Positions 44,761 through 57,441 are shown, counted from the first letter of the whole stretch. The stretch is DNA of 63,097 nt, filler included, from Saprolegnia diclina VS20 (GCF_000281045.1; 4 parts of 2 records of this genome joined end to end with filler, not necessarily neighbours in it), one strand, 5' to 3'. Program-made: numbers and translations. Notes: a model not told the origin generated them from the sequence alone.

Positions 44761-45125
44761 AGATTCGGGTGCCTTGCAAAGACGCTGTACACAGAGCCCC
44801 CGACGCGCTGGGAGACACTCGGTAGTCCCAAGCAGGCCGATGTCANNNNNNNNNNNNNNNNNNNNNNNNNNNNNNNNNNNNNNNNNNNNNNNNNNNNNNN
44901 NNNNNNNNNNNNNNNNNNNNNNNNNNNNNNNNNNNNNNNNNNNNNNNNNNNNNNNNNNNNNNNNNNNNNNNNNNNNNNNNNNNNNNNNNNNNNNNNNNNN
45001 NNNNNNNNNNNNNNNNNNNNNNNNNNNNNNNNNNNNNNNNGAGCCAGCGCCGTCGGGTTGTGGGTGTCTCTTCTTTGGCGCTGCCACGTCAGTATGTTGC
45101 ACTTTTTCATTTGCAACCAAGAGCG

Positions 45126-45990
45126 ATGGTCGATGGCCGCACCAACTTGGCAGCGCGCATCGCGGCACTCCGCGCAACGCCGCGGAGCGATGCTGCGGTC
45201 GACGAGATGGATGCGATCGTGGACGCGTTGACTGCCAAGGAAGAGGCGCTGCGCCAGCAGGAAACGCACGTCGCAGCCCAGCTCGAGCTGCTCCAGCGCC
45301 TGCACACGCCGCGTCGCCGCCCCACGGACCTCGACCAAGCGACCGAGTTGGTCACACTCAATGTCGGCGGCACCTTGTTTAGAGCCGCGCGGAAGACGCT
45401 GTGCCGCGTGCTAGGGAGCTACTTCGATGCGTGTCGTGCGGTTCGAACACTCCCATTGCACGGCCTTGACGAAGCAGACGTGTCGGACTTGCGTGCGATG
45501 CTCGACTACCTCCAGCTGGACGTTCTTCAACCCAGCACCCCGTCGCCGCCCACACCCGCCGTGCTGCGCTGGGACCCACAGCACTCGGCGAATTCGAGTC
45601 TCTTCTTGGACAACATGACACTGGCGTCGCACGTGGGCCGTCAAGCAGGCATTGTGATCGCGTCACAGCCCATCGCAACGTTCGCCGTGTGTGTCAAGCT
45701 CTGCAGCACCATTGACATTGGGTTTACACTCTGGGACCCTTCGTAGCCCGTGCCCGAACCCTGCAAGCCCCTTCACGGCTGGTTCTTTAGCTGCGAGAAG
45801 GGCGAGATGTTCGCGACGGACCAAGGTCGGACGAACATCGTTTTGGGCCCACGAAACCGCTACGTTCGATCCTCCTCCTCATGACGTGGCATCGCGAGAT
45901 GCAGCGGATCTCGTTTGCTGTCAACGGAATCATGCTCCCCGCGCGCCTTGCGTGTGGACCCACGATGGATGGGTCGCTGTATAATGTACC
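45126..45990 (+). pseudogene. Degenerate coiled-coil + BTB/POZ (KCTD-like) + SPRY-like gene
   Basis: LVTLNVGGTLFRAARKTL...SYFDA jumps to LDYLQL without the usual FIDR...F..IL core; stop at 45744-45746; downstream GWFFSC..G and ISFAVNG lie in different frames. Confidence 0.6.
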
Positions 45991-46435
45991 TTCCTGTATT
46001 ATCCAATGGCGCGTATTGCCAATGGCAGCGTTAAACTATTGCCATTGTAACGCGTGCTGCTTGCATTGGCCTTGGGAGGTCGTGGGACGAGCCATTTGCA
46101 GCCGAGATGGCAACGGACTTCGACGTTCCGACCTCGAATCCGTCGACCCTCTATTCCGTCGACGCCAGCTATTGCCTCGCATGGACGGTCCAGTTGTGGC
46201 AACGATCACATCGCCTTGACGCTGCTTTGGGCGCCACGTACCAACACGGGCGGCACCCTGGCGCGGTGCGATCGTCGCCACATATCGATAGCGTCGCGTC
46301 GCCACGCGTGTCGGAACCCGTCAACGCACTGAGAACGTCGAGCTGTGTGGACAGCGCAATTCTGGTTTGTCAAAAATAAAAGAGCCTGCGACGTGGACGG
46401 GGCTAGTCTGGGAGACGCCGAGAGTACAACTGACC

Positions 46436-47422
46436 ATGGACCTCGCACCGCTCTTGACGCGGGATGCGCCGCACTGGCTGCAGCGCGCGATGCTGCAAGT
46501 CGCGCAGCGCAACTCGGAGCGTGTCCACGCGCTCGCGTCGACCGCCACCTTTGCGCCGTCGACGAACGCAATCTCGACGGTCGACGCGCCTGCGATCGTC
46601 GCGCAGCAGCACGTGGAGGCGACGTTTGACGAAGTCATCAACCTCCTCGCGTACGCCGAAGCCGCCGGTGGCTACATGGCTTTTCCCGACTTTGTCGCGC
46701 TGCTGAGTCCACTGCCGACGCGCCGCGCCGCGCAGATTTGCCGGTGGATCGCGTCGCCGTCGTCGTTTCTCGACGTGGGCTACGTGGACGCCAAGCCGCC
46801 AAATGGGCTCCTGTCGCGCTTTCAACGGTACACGTATCTCCAGCACACGCGCGTTGAGGCGCAGGTGCGCACCTATAGCCTGACGCTCGCACGCGATTTC
46901 AAGGTCGACCATACCTTTGTGACGGAAGTCGACGACCCCGTGTACTTTGGTCTTGTCGTTCGAGCGATCAATGCGAGAACGACCATGGTCTCGGTTGCGG
47001 GCTGCGTCCCCCATGGGACTGGCCGCGCGTTTGATGCAGCGGCGCGAGTCTTTCTCGCCAAGCTTCAGCAGCGCGTGTACCAAGTGCGGTTTGAGGTGTT
47101 TGTGAGCCGCTTGCCGCCACAGCGGGTGGCGCGGCCTCCTGGTTGCCTGCGCCAGCTCTTTTGCCTCGCATCGTGGCGGTCGAGCGCGGCGAATGACGCC
47201 ACCCTACGCGGCTGTCGTCGGTGCAAGGCGAGCCCTGCGAGCCGCCCGCGGTGCGCCATCTGCCTCGAACGCTGCTGCAAACCATGCAGCATTGCGACGT
47301 ACGGCAAGGTCGCGTGCCCACCCTGCGTGCGCCTCGCGCTCGCTCGGCCATTCGTCGCCACGACCGGTGTTCGTCCCACGGCCTCTGTAGCGCCCAAGAC
47401 CGACACGTTGGTCGACATTTAG
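46436..47422 (+). CDS. START-like + C-terminal FYVE-like zinc-finger protein
   Basis: VEATFDEVINLL...LARDF...FGLVVR; C-terminal CRRC...CAICLERCCKPC...CPPC. Confidence 0.55.
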   Translation: MDLAPLLTRDAPHWLQRAMLQVAQRNSERVHALASTATFAPSTNAISTVDAPAIVAQQHVEATFDEVINLLAYAEAAGGYMAFPDFVALLSPLPTRRAAQICRWIASPSSFLDVGYVDAKPPNGLLSRFQRYTYLQHTRVEAQVRTYSLTLARDFKVDHTFVTEVDDPVYFGLVVRAINARTTMVSVAGCVPHGTGRAFDAAARVFLAKLQQRVYQVRFEVFVSRLPPQRVARPPGCLRQLFCLASWRSSAANDATLRGCRRCKASPASRPRCAICLERCCKPCSIATYGKVACPPCVRLALARPFVATTGVRPTASVAPKTDTLVDI

Positions 47423-47625
47423 TCGTATACCTGACTCTCAATGCAGTATTGTCTTGTGTGTTTGTGTGTACTTACGCCAGCCCCACGCTCTGGACGTACT
47501 ACGAGGCACGTGGATGGCGGCAGTCGATGCCACGACGCTCCGCCAACCGACTTGTATCCAGATGGAGAGAATGATGGTCTCTCGCACGAGGCAAGTGCCA
47601 CGTTCTATTTCGAAGCTAGACGGCG

Positions 47626-49021
47626 ATGACGCTGGACGCGCTTCCGACCGAGACGCTGCGCCACGTCGCGACCTTCTTGGGCATGCGCGACCTCAAGGCC
47701 ACGTCCCTCGTTTCGTCAACGTGGCTGCACGTGGCGACTGGCGATGCGAGCCTCTGGAAGGTGCAGTTTGTACGTCGATGGACCGAGACCAACTTTGATA
47801 TCGCGCACGACGTGCCGCTGGTCGTCGCCACGCCGCTGCTGCAAGCGCTTGGCACGTATGCCAACCATTGAATAGCCCGCGAGGTGTTTAACGTGGTGCC
47901 AACTAGGGAGATGGCGTGCTATCGACTGCTGGCCCACACGGTGCTAGCGCTACCGACGCACGTTGACGTGGCCGGCCAGGCCAAGTACTATGCGCACGGA
48001 CCCATCGCATACCCAAAGCTTATGCATGGCTAGGTTTGTGACGCTCGCGCATGATGGGAACCGCGAAAACGCGCCGATCGAGGTGCATTATGCAGGACAG
48101 AACCTGGGCGGCGACCGCTGCATTCGGGCCAACGAGCCCATGACCGAGACGCCGCATGCAATGGTGTATCGCCAGCGCCAAGTTGACGGCCGCGAGTGCT
48201 ACACGGTCGGGCTCACGTGCGACAACTACTACGAGGTGACGATTGGGGCCGAGCCGATGATCAACCCGCAGTACGCAGATCCGGCCTCTCCTCTCACCAT
48301 ATTTGGCTCACGACGAAGCAGACGCCCATTTCTCCACGACCGCCACTGCGTCTCAGTCGGCCTTTGCAACAAGTCTTTTCGCCTAAAGGGAGCGCAACCA
48401 GGTACCCGCTTCGATCCCACTTGCGTATGTACACATACCGGATCAGGCTGGCGCCGGCACTCGTATGGGTACCATGGCGACGACGGCTGCTTCTTTCACG
48501 CATCGGCGCGGGTACTCGCGGATGTCTTCCCTTGTTTATCGTATACTCAAGCGTCGTAGGGTGAAGCGTTTGGCCCTGCATTTTCGAGTGGGGACACGGT
48601 CGGCTGCGGCCTCGTCCATAGCGTCCACGCCGAGTCGCACATTATTATATACACGCTCAACGGCGCTGTCGTTGGGCGCCCCGTAGAGTGCTCGACGCCG
48701 ACTGTGTACCCTGTGGTCGGCATCGACTCGCCCTTTGCCGTGCGCTTCAACTTTGGCCAAGTGCCGTTCCGGTATCCGCATATGGACGGTACGCATCCAA
48801 GTTGGCCCACGTTTCGCACGCATGATGTAGCGCTCTTTGCGGGCACCGAGGCCGTTCTCGCGAGCACGACCAACCCCGTCGTATGGGACGAAGACGAGTG
48901 GGCATACGACGACGACGACAGTGACGACGACATGTCGGACCTCGCTTCGGACGACGAGGGCGGGATCCCTGCGCCGTTTGCCGACCTCTTTCGCGCCTAC
49001 CCTATCCTCTATGGCGCCTAG
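47626..49021 (+). CDS. F-box + SPRY-domain protein, multi-exon
   Basis: LDALPTETLRHVATFL...VSSTW (F-box); YYEVTI, CVSVGL, PG/WRRHSYGYHGDDG, FGPAFSSGDTVGCG, YTLNG, YPVVGIDS...FNFGQVPF (SPRY). Confidence 0.85.
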
Positions 49022-49309
49022 TCGCACGCATAACGTCTTTTGATAGTTATGTTTATATAACCCAAGTGGGGTGCCGGAAGGTCGCCAACACAGTGTTTGG
49101 CAAGGAGACTGCGTCATCGTGTCATTCAAAATGGGGTGTCAACGTATGGTGTTGCTACTGCTTGAAGGGCTGTGGCCACGCCATTGAAATGCTATTCGAC
49201 AATTTCAGAGTATGCTGTGAAGAGCATGGGGTTGAGGCCGCACTTGCGGATGGTGTAGCTACATTTTTTTAATGCGAGGGTTGGTTCAAGGGTACGATAA
49301 AGGATCAGC

Positions 49310-49640
49310 GCTAGCCCTTAGCGTAGTCGTAGATATCTACGACGCTGCTATCAAAGGAAGTTTGGTCGTCGTCTTCTGGCACGCCCCAAAGTACACTCGT
49401 CGCGACGACGACCTTGATGCTGCCGTTGGCATCGACAAACATGCAGTGCGAGAGGTTCTTGTGCTAGCGCTAGAGGCTCTCGAGTGTCTGCTGTATCGAC
49501 GCGAGGTGCGATCTTCAAAGCCAGCATCGCATGTCTTGGAGCTTGAGTGTCCCAAGGGCAACTCCAGTGGGATATTTGAGGTTACAGCCTCCGACGAGGC
49601 GCACGACGGCCGTCATCTCACTCTGCTGCAACCTACGCAC
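49310..49640 (-). pseudogene. Possible decayed protein-kinase fragment
   Basis: One frame with stops reads VVRLVGGCNL..P...QDMRCWL*...HKNLSHCMFVDANGSIKVV...VDIYDY, loosely matching kinase subdomains IV, VIb-VII and IX. Confidence 0.3.
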
Positions 49641-50198
49641 AGCGTCGGACTACACGTTCTGAAAAGGTTTTGTGAATGTACTTCGGATGATGGCGCAGGT
49701 CTCCTTGAAGCCAGCAATGAAACTGGTCATGCATCGAAATCCTAGCGCTAGTTGCAGGCGCATGACCAGAGTACCATCCATGAGCAGACCTGGTGTGACC
49801 GACGCAAACGCTCGATGTCGCGGTTGGTCGATGGGGTCACGCGGGTACGAATGACTCGTCGTCGACCACGGTAGACCCCTCCAATTCAAGTAACTTCATT
49901 GAACAGCTCATCATCCCCTAACGTCGATATTTGATTCGTTGAACTCTGTGCTCCAAAACGTGCGAGCACGCCACTTGAAAGGGTATCAAGCGGCGCTTGA
50001 TATCTACGCGGCGACATGTGAAGCAATATTGCTCCGTGCGCATCCTCCCACGCACCAGTGCGTGGATGCCTCGATATTTGCACAAACGAAACGCTCTTAA
50101 CTTCAACTACAGGACAACGCCTCAAACGAGGGCTCTCGACAGCCTCGTTCAAGTTGCAATTCGACAGAAACACAATTGTTCCATTTGGCTCGGGCACC

Positions 50199-53100
50199 AT
50201 GGGCAGCCACTACAGCGCGCTGCGCTACGACGCGACGCAGGTGACGATCCTTCCGCAGTTCCTACCGTTCACGCAGTGCGTCCCGATGGCCGAGATCGCT
50301 GCGCTCGCCGAGAAGCTGCGGTCGCTGCCGACGACCGCGTTCATTTCCCTCGACGAGTTTCGGTCGTGGCTGCACATGGGGCGTACGTTTGATGTCTACA
50401 CACTGTACCTCTTCGAGTCCCTCAAGACGACACGCGAGAGCAAAAAAGTGTACGCGATGGAGCTCCTCTGTGCGCTGGCGGTTTGCACCTCGACCTCCGC
50501 ATCGGCGCCGACCAAAGTCGATTTGCTCTGCAGCCTCTGCACTCACCCTGGTGCACGCACGCTCAGTGAGAGCGACGTCGCCATTCTGCTTCTCTCGACG
50601 ATCAACGGACTGCGCAAACTCACGATCGGCCTCGACGCTGCATGGCAGCACCGCAGCACGCGGGACCTCGCAAAGGAGCTCCTCGCGGATGCGTGGCAAT
50701 CGCTACAAAAGGACGCGACCGCCATCGCCCGCGACGACTTTGTCGTTTGGTGTCTTCAGCACAAGACAACATCCTATGTCCTGCGGCACTTTATCCCAGG
50801 TGACATTCTCAACCCGATTCTACCGGCGGCGGGCGACCGCCACCACGCGCTGTACGCTTCGATTCTCGCGTCGCTAAGTCCCGACGACGCCGAGCGTGCA
50901 GCCGCCATTGCCAAGATGGCGGCGTCGACCAAGATCCAAGCCATCTACAAGGGTCGGCTCGCCCAGCGGAATTTTGCACGCCAGCGCGACGAGCGTCTCG
51001 CACTACGGCACGCTGCTGCGCAAACCATCCAAGCGTACGCAAAAAAGCAAAAGACAGCGCAGCAACTCGTCGCCCGGGCCGTGTTTGAACGTGCTGCGTA
51101 CAACGGCGCCGTCTTGACCTTTGGCACGGGGCTGTCTCTGGGTGATGGCCACGCCCATGGCGTTGAGACGGCGCCAAAGGTCGTATCCCGGCTGCAAGGC
51201 ACCAAGTGCGTGCGCGTCGCCGTCTCGTCGAGCACGACACTACTTACGACAGCGACCGAAGGCTTTGCCTGGGGCCACGGGCTGCCGCTGCGAATTGGTG
51301 ACACCACGCAGCTCGTCACCAAAGTACCGTCGACGATTGCGCTCAATGTCGCGATCGTCCAGCAGCTTGCACTCGGCGTGAGCCATTGCCTCGTGCTGGA
51401 CCGCAGCGGGCGTGTATTTTCGTGGGGCTTCAACGACCACGGCCAGACTGGCCACGGACCCAATGACGTTCTCGAAGCGCGAACGGGCGCTCGGTACGCC
51501 ACGTACTTGGACCCGAGGCTCGGTGACGACGTCGAGTACCTCGACACGCCGCTGCAGCTGGCATACTTTGCAGGGCGCAACGACCAAGCCGCCGATGTGA
51601 TTCCGATCGCAGCGGTTGCGTGCGGCGACTACTTTTCTCTCGCGCTCAGTCGAGACGGCGCCGTCTACTCGTGGGGCGAAGGTACTTTCGAGTCAAAAAT
51701 ACCACGCCATCACAAATTCCGATAGGCTCGGACGGGCAGCTGGGCCATGGCACGGTCAGCGACCACCTTACGGTGGGGTTTGTCGACCGTCGGCAGCGTC
51801 AGTCGGCCTTTACGTATGCGAGCGAGCCCAAGGCGATAGCAACGTTGAAAGACATTGCCGTCATCGGCTGCAAGGGCAATCGATCGACGGCACTGACGCG
51901 CGACCACGACCTGTATGAATGGGGAAGCTGGGGGCGTATGCGTGGCACGGAGCTCCCCCCCGCGTACGTGCCAGAGCTCAAGCACGGGGCGCAGCAGTAT
52001 GCACTAGCCAGCTTTGCCTTGGGCCACGAACATACGATCGCCGATGGTACAAGAGCTCGATGTCACTCGAAACATTGATTGAATGGGCGTCGTAGGGGCG
52101 AGTGTGTGGCTGCGCTTGCTGCAGACGCCGGTGGAATGTTTCGTGCTCTTGGCGCAGCACGCGCGACGCGTCGACCATATCCGAGCGTTAATCGCGTCCG
52201 TGGATTGCGCGATCGTCGACATTGCATTTGACGACGTCGCCGCGTCACCGGAAGACCATTGGGTAAGAGCATAGCGTCGTACCAATGGCGCCAACTAGGG
52301 GTAGGGATCTCTGAGTACAGAGCCATCCGAAGTGTCGATCTCGGGCGAGACTCCGCGGGTGTCGAGTCCGCTGGATACGTCCGGGACCGACGATGGCGCG
52401 CAGTTGGCGCGATCGCCGTCGGCGCTCCACAGCTCGATCAACGCGCTCATTCACAAGCTCTGGTGCACGCGGTGTCAAGAGGTGCAGCCAACGGTGTCCC
52501 AACTCGCGCAGCACCCATCGCTGCTACCGCTGCGCTGGTGCCGCGCCGTGAAGGACGAGAGCTTCAACTACGACGCGCTTCTCCGCGAGGTGCTCACCGA
52601 CATCGGCGGACGGCTCTTGCTCACGTCCTTGGCGCCGCCCGAAGGGTACTACCTCGAGCTGCTGACCCCCGATACGCTTCTCATCGAGCTGCGCGGTATG
52701 CCTTCGAATACGTGCCGCATGGTCACCAAGCGCGGTCTCTGGACGCACATTTTGGATTTGACCGACATGACAAGCACCGGTCTGACTTTGGGCTGCAAGT
52801 TGTCACCTTACCGGGAGGTATGTAGAGCTCCCACTCGACAACAGCATTGTTTTCGTGCGCTTCACCGAGGCCGACCTCGTTGTCAAGGTGCAGCATCTCC
52901 GCGAAGGTTCCTTGCTCTGTGAAATATATGGATTTGTACGATTATGAAATATCGTCGTAGAGACCATTTTGGAGCTCGTGACGGCGTCCGTCGCGCAAAA
53001 AGCGCTGACGCTTCAAGAGTACGGCGTCGTTTCGATCGTCCTAGCGTTCGACTTTCATGAGTCCTTGCCATTTGAGCTCGTGCTGCCAGGTATCGCACAA

Positions 53101-53959
53101 CCGTATTGTATCAAGTTGATACTATCGATGCACAGGCGACCTTGGTGTGTACATTCCGATTCTCATGGTCGATGTGGACCAGGGCCGCCGGTTGCAAGCA
53201 GCGCTCGCGGCGCAAGACGACGGCGTCACCGCGCGACTCTTCTTCCGCCCTGACCACACGCCAACGATCGTAGCAACCGCGTTCGAGCTCGGGGCCATTG
53301 GCGTCATTTTGCAGCAGCGACCTCCGAATTATGCACCGACCTTTGACGGTGACGTCTCGAGCGGTGACGCGACTATTTACCGCGGGCCGCTCGAGCCAGC
53401 AGCCCTTGTCGGCACGATCTCGCATGCCCACGGAACCGCTCTCCGGCTCGGTGCTCATTACGACGACGCGACCAACTTGCTCCTGGCCAAAGTTCAATTC
53501 TGCGTCCGGCCGACCGGTAACATTTACGCCTGGGGCTGCGCCGCGAACGGTCGTCTCGGTCTTGGGCCGACTGCGGACGCTATCGACCTTGACGATGGCT
53601 ACGACGCGATGACCGAGACCACGTATCGCTGGACGCAGGAGCCGAGGGTCGTGACGGCGCTCAGTGGCCGGGACGTTGTCGACATTGCAGCGGGGGGCAG
53701 CCATACGCTGGCGCGGACACGGCTCGGACGGGTTTTTTCATGGGGCCGCGGCGGCGACGGACAGCTCGGGCACCACGATACGCACGACGTGTGGACACCG
53801 ACGCTGATTCGTCGGTTGGCGTACGAGACGATCGTCGCTGTGGCTGCCAACGACACGAGCTCCACAGTGCTCTGCGAAGCGCTACATGACGTGGCGTACG
53901 AGCAGCGCCGCAAGGAGATTGCACTGTTGAAAGCAGTCCACGCCAAGCTCCCGCGCTGA
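50199..53959 (+). CDS. Degenerate EF-hand-like + IQ + RCC1-repeat protein with PA-like insert, multi-exon
   Basis: MGSHYS start; IQAIYKGRLAQR and IQAYAKK (IQ); VFSWGFNDHGQTGHG, ACGDYFSLALS...SWGEG, WGCAANGRLGLG, AAGGSHTL...SWGRGGDGQLGH (RCC1); AQKALTLQEYGVVSIV...IPILMV (PA-like). Confidence 0.8.
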
Positions 53960-54162
53960 CACAACAGCAGTCTCTAGTCTCGTGGACATTAGTGTATGAG
54001 TTTCATTGTCGAATGTTTGCACTGTCGGGTTTGTGGACTAATGGCGACGAGAACGGGATTTGATTCTTGAATTTTGCGTTACAAAACCCTTTTTCGAAAA
54101 TAGGAGAAGCGCCACATCAGTAGTGAACGCATGGCTTGGAGCGAACTCTTAGACCACGAGTA

Positions 54163-55826
54163 ATGACGGCAAGTGTCGTTCCCGAGCAGCCAACCGCAGC
54201 GCGTCCTGTACGCGTGACGTGGAGCAGCCTCTCGATTCTTCTGAGTCTCGTACTCTGCCTCAACATTGTTCTCACGGTATGCTGCATCGAGCTCTCACGG
54301 CCAAATTGCCATCGAATGTGCTTAGCCGCTGAAAGCCTACCTCTGCGAGCCGTACCCATGGCAGCTACCGCCACTACCCTCGATCCTCAGCGCGCCCGAC
54401 ACTCCGTGGTCTGCTGTTGAGGCGACGCTTCTTGAAGCGGCCAATCGCCGGTATCACGAGGCTTTGTACCTTAAATCCTATCGATTCTCGTAGGTACAAT
54501 AGCTCGGTCTTTACCCGTGGGACATATATCTTTGACGCGGAGACGTGGACATGTGTCTACCGCGACGTCTTTGAGATCCAGCCGCCACCCAAGTCGTGTC
54601 AAATCGACATTATGACGCAGTTGAACGCTGGCGTCTTTCTGCCGCATTCGTTTCAAGAGAGTCTCTGCGCCGCCGTCTCGAACGCATCATTCTCAGTCAG
54701 CGCTTGCTATGAGGCGCAGCTCTTTGCCTCGACCTTCAATGTTGGCTGTGTCTGGACAATACCAGGCAACGACTCGGTGATCGTCCACGGAGCGTACCGC
54801 ATGACATCGTCGGTCACTGTTCTAAGTGCCAAGTTCGCAGCGCGCGTCTCGCTCACGCTCTATATGGCTGTCGTGATCTGGCGTCGGTACTATCGGCAAT
54901 ACCGCAGCCTCGCAAAGCAGTGTCAACGCTATGCAAAGGTTGCCCGCGTGCACATTTGCGTCGGTGATCCCACGAGCATCTTCCTCCTGCATCCTGTACT
55001 GTGCCTCTGCTTGGTGCTCGACGTCTGGCAGAGCGTCGGGACAGTGTACTTGGAGATGCTCGCGGTCCTTCAGACGGATGACTTTTGGCAGTTTGCACTT
55101 GGGTACCTCTACCTCTCTCGCAGCGTGTGGTTTTGCTATTCATTCCTCTCTTGCACGTCGATGCTGCTCAAAAAACGCAAGCGCGAGCACTGGTTTTTGC
55201 CGCTGGACCCGACCCTTGTCGCGATAGCAGCCGCCATGGTCGCAGGCCCCATCACGAATATCAACGCGCGCACACCGGTCATTCATCTCTACATATGGCT
55301 TTTCAACGTCGTTGCGTCTTCGCCCCACTCGATCGAGACCGTGGGTGCTGTCTTGTGCTTTACGATCGCAGTCGGTCAACTGCCGCTTCTCGCTGGCTTT
55401 GGCCTGCGCTGCAGGCGTGTTTCGCAGCCGGCCGACTATGCCGCCATCTCGTTCAACGACATCAAACAGCGCGTGCTCTTGACCCTCGAGCGTCTCAGCC
55501 TCGGCGTGCCCGCCAACGTCCGTCGGCGCGGTGGGTCGATCCACGCTGTGTGCGCGGGCCTTCCGCGGCTAAAAGTATCGCCGTGCATTAGCCAGCGCGG
55601 CGCCGACTGCTACCTCATCTTGTACGACCAACATGGTGATCCTACAGAGGTGGTGCGGCTAAGTTTGAAGTCGTGCATCGATATGACTGCCGAAGACCTC
55701 GATGTGCTCGTCCTGCCAACGTTCGACCTGTTTGGTCATGTGGCGCTCGTGCCAGACGAGTCGACAGGTGTGAACCGGTTGGTGCAGCACACGCCGCTCG
55801 GCAGCGACTGCGCGTGGGTCGAGTAG
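54163..55826 (+). CDS. Oomycete-type multi-pass transmembrane protein of unknown function, multi-exon
   Basis: CLNIVLT/PLKAYL start exons; Cys-rich luminal part; VGDPTSIFL, YLYLSRSVWFCY, FNDIKQR, GGSIH, SQRGADCY. Confidence 0.7.
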
Positions 55827-56181
55827 ACTCGAAGGAGGCGTGTTAATACAAAAACGTCGTCCGCGGCCAGATTGTTGAGGAGTTGCCGTCCAGACAGCCG
55901 CACTGCGTCGACATAGGCTACGCAGTCCTTGGGCCTGTAGCCTTCTTGCCGCCCCCTCCAATCACTTGCACTGCATATAACATCGTCTTGTGTCTCCTCG
56001 GCGTCAAGACGAGATTCGTTTCTCGAGCTGCTAGCGTTGTGCGCCGATAAGGGCGTGACAAAGGAGACCCTAACCCCGTTGCTCAACCATACGACCACTA
56101 CATGCGTATGGACGAATCGATCAAGATGACAATAGGGTTAACGGATTAAGAAGACAATTGGACTAGAGACGATGGCACCCG

Positions 56182-57231
56182 CTATGGCGCGAGCTGCCGT
56201 GCGAGATGGTTGGCGCGGCGCCGGTGAACAAGCACGAGAAGCGAGCGGCGGAAGCGGTGCCAGCTCGGGCAGAAAAAGTTGTAGGTGATAAACAGCAGCT
56301 TTTGCTGCAGCACAAACGACGGAATCTGGCTCACGACAAAGATCGTGTACTGACGCTTCTGGCGGCGGGCGCGAAATAAGAAGAGAACGCGCTTGAAAAT
56401 GTGCTTGCGCGATGGCAGGAGCGTCGCGAGGCGATAGGCCCGAAGCCGGTCGACCCAGTTGAACGACGCGCCGCAAAAGCACGTGATCGAGTCGCAGCCG
56501 TCGCCTTTCACGAGCTGCACGCGGCACTCGGGGCACTCGACGAGGTCGTTGGCCATTGGCGCTGCGCTCTTGCACGCCACGTTGTCGTGGTGGCCCTTGG
56601 TCTGGCAGCCAAAACACACGGCTTGGTTGCAGCAGCGCGTGAACACGAACGGTTGCTGGCGGCGCCAGTGCAAGAACAACGTCGCGCGGCGCTCGGCATC
56701 CAGAAGGAGCGGCAAGAGCCGCGTGAGCATCGCGTCGCGCTGGTCAGTCTCGTACAGGGCAACGACAGACTCGTAGACCTCGGCGGCGCTGCGCAAATGG
56801 CGGTTGTACTCGGTACAAAGAGGCTGGAGTTTGGTCAGACCCGCCTCGCTCCATGGGTCAGTCGCGTCGTCGTTCGTGTCGTTCGTGTCTTCTGTGGGCG
56901 GCAAGAGCACGGAGAAGTTGTGGCATTGGGGGCACAGCGTCGAGCACGACGCCGCGACCTTAGTCTCGAGGCGCTGAAGCGCGTCGTCGCCGACAAGTTC
57001 CTTCCAGCGTGGCAGCGGCAGTGGCGTGATGCAAATCGGGCAATCGAGCTTGGTCAAGACGCCGCTGATCGCAGCCGCCGAGTGCGCTTGCACGTAGCTC
57101 TGGAGGCAGCTGTTGCACACGGCGGCGGGGCACTTGGCGCCGCAGAGCTGCTCGACGACGCACGCTGCATCCAAGCAGATCTGGCACGTGACCAACGGCA
57201 ATGTGGTGGGCTGCACGTCGAGCACGGGCAT
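56182..57231 (-). CDS. RBR-like (RING-between-RING) E3 ubiquitin ligase
   Basis: CQICLD...CPAAVCNSC...CPIC (RING1); CPQC...CCNQAVCFGCQTKGHH (split IBR); CPECRVQLVKGDGCDSITCFCGASFNW (Rcat). Confidence 0.8.
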   Translation of the reverse strand: MPVLDVQPTTLPLVTCQICLDAACVVEQLCGAKCPAAVCNSCLQSYVQAHSAAAISGVLTKLDCPICITPLPLPRWKELVGDDALQRLETKVAASCSTLCPQCHNFSVLLPPTEDTNDTNDDATDPWSEAGLTKLQPLCTEYNRHLRSAAEVYESVVALYETDQRDAMLTRLLPLLLDAERRATLFLHWRRQQPFVFTRCCNQAVCFGCQTKGHHDNVACKSAAPMANDLVECPECRVQLVKGDGCDSITCFCGASFNWVDRLRAYRLATLLPSRKHIFKRVLFLFRARRQKRQYTIFVVSQIPSFVLQQKLLFITYNFFCPSWHRFRRSLLVLVHRRRANHLARQLAP

Positions 57232-57441
57232 GTTCGGCACCAAAACTTGAAGAATGACCAAGGAATGTGACCAGCTTCCGTCACAATCCAGCGAGAACTT
57301 ATCTGAATGTTGGTCTTACTGTGTGCCGCGGCCCATACAAACGGCAAAGTCAACGAAAGACCATCATTCGAAATCTGGATACGGGCTAGGGGACCACAAA
57401 TCCAGCTCGTAGCTGCGACGACGCGCAGTGTGCATTTCGCC

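Noticed and set aside
49326..49343. Perfect 18-bp palindrome GTCGTAGATATCTACGAC
   Set aside because: A 9-bp arm is not unlikely by chance in 63 kb, and there is no supporting context.
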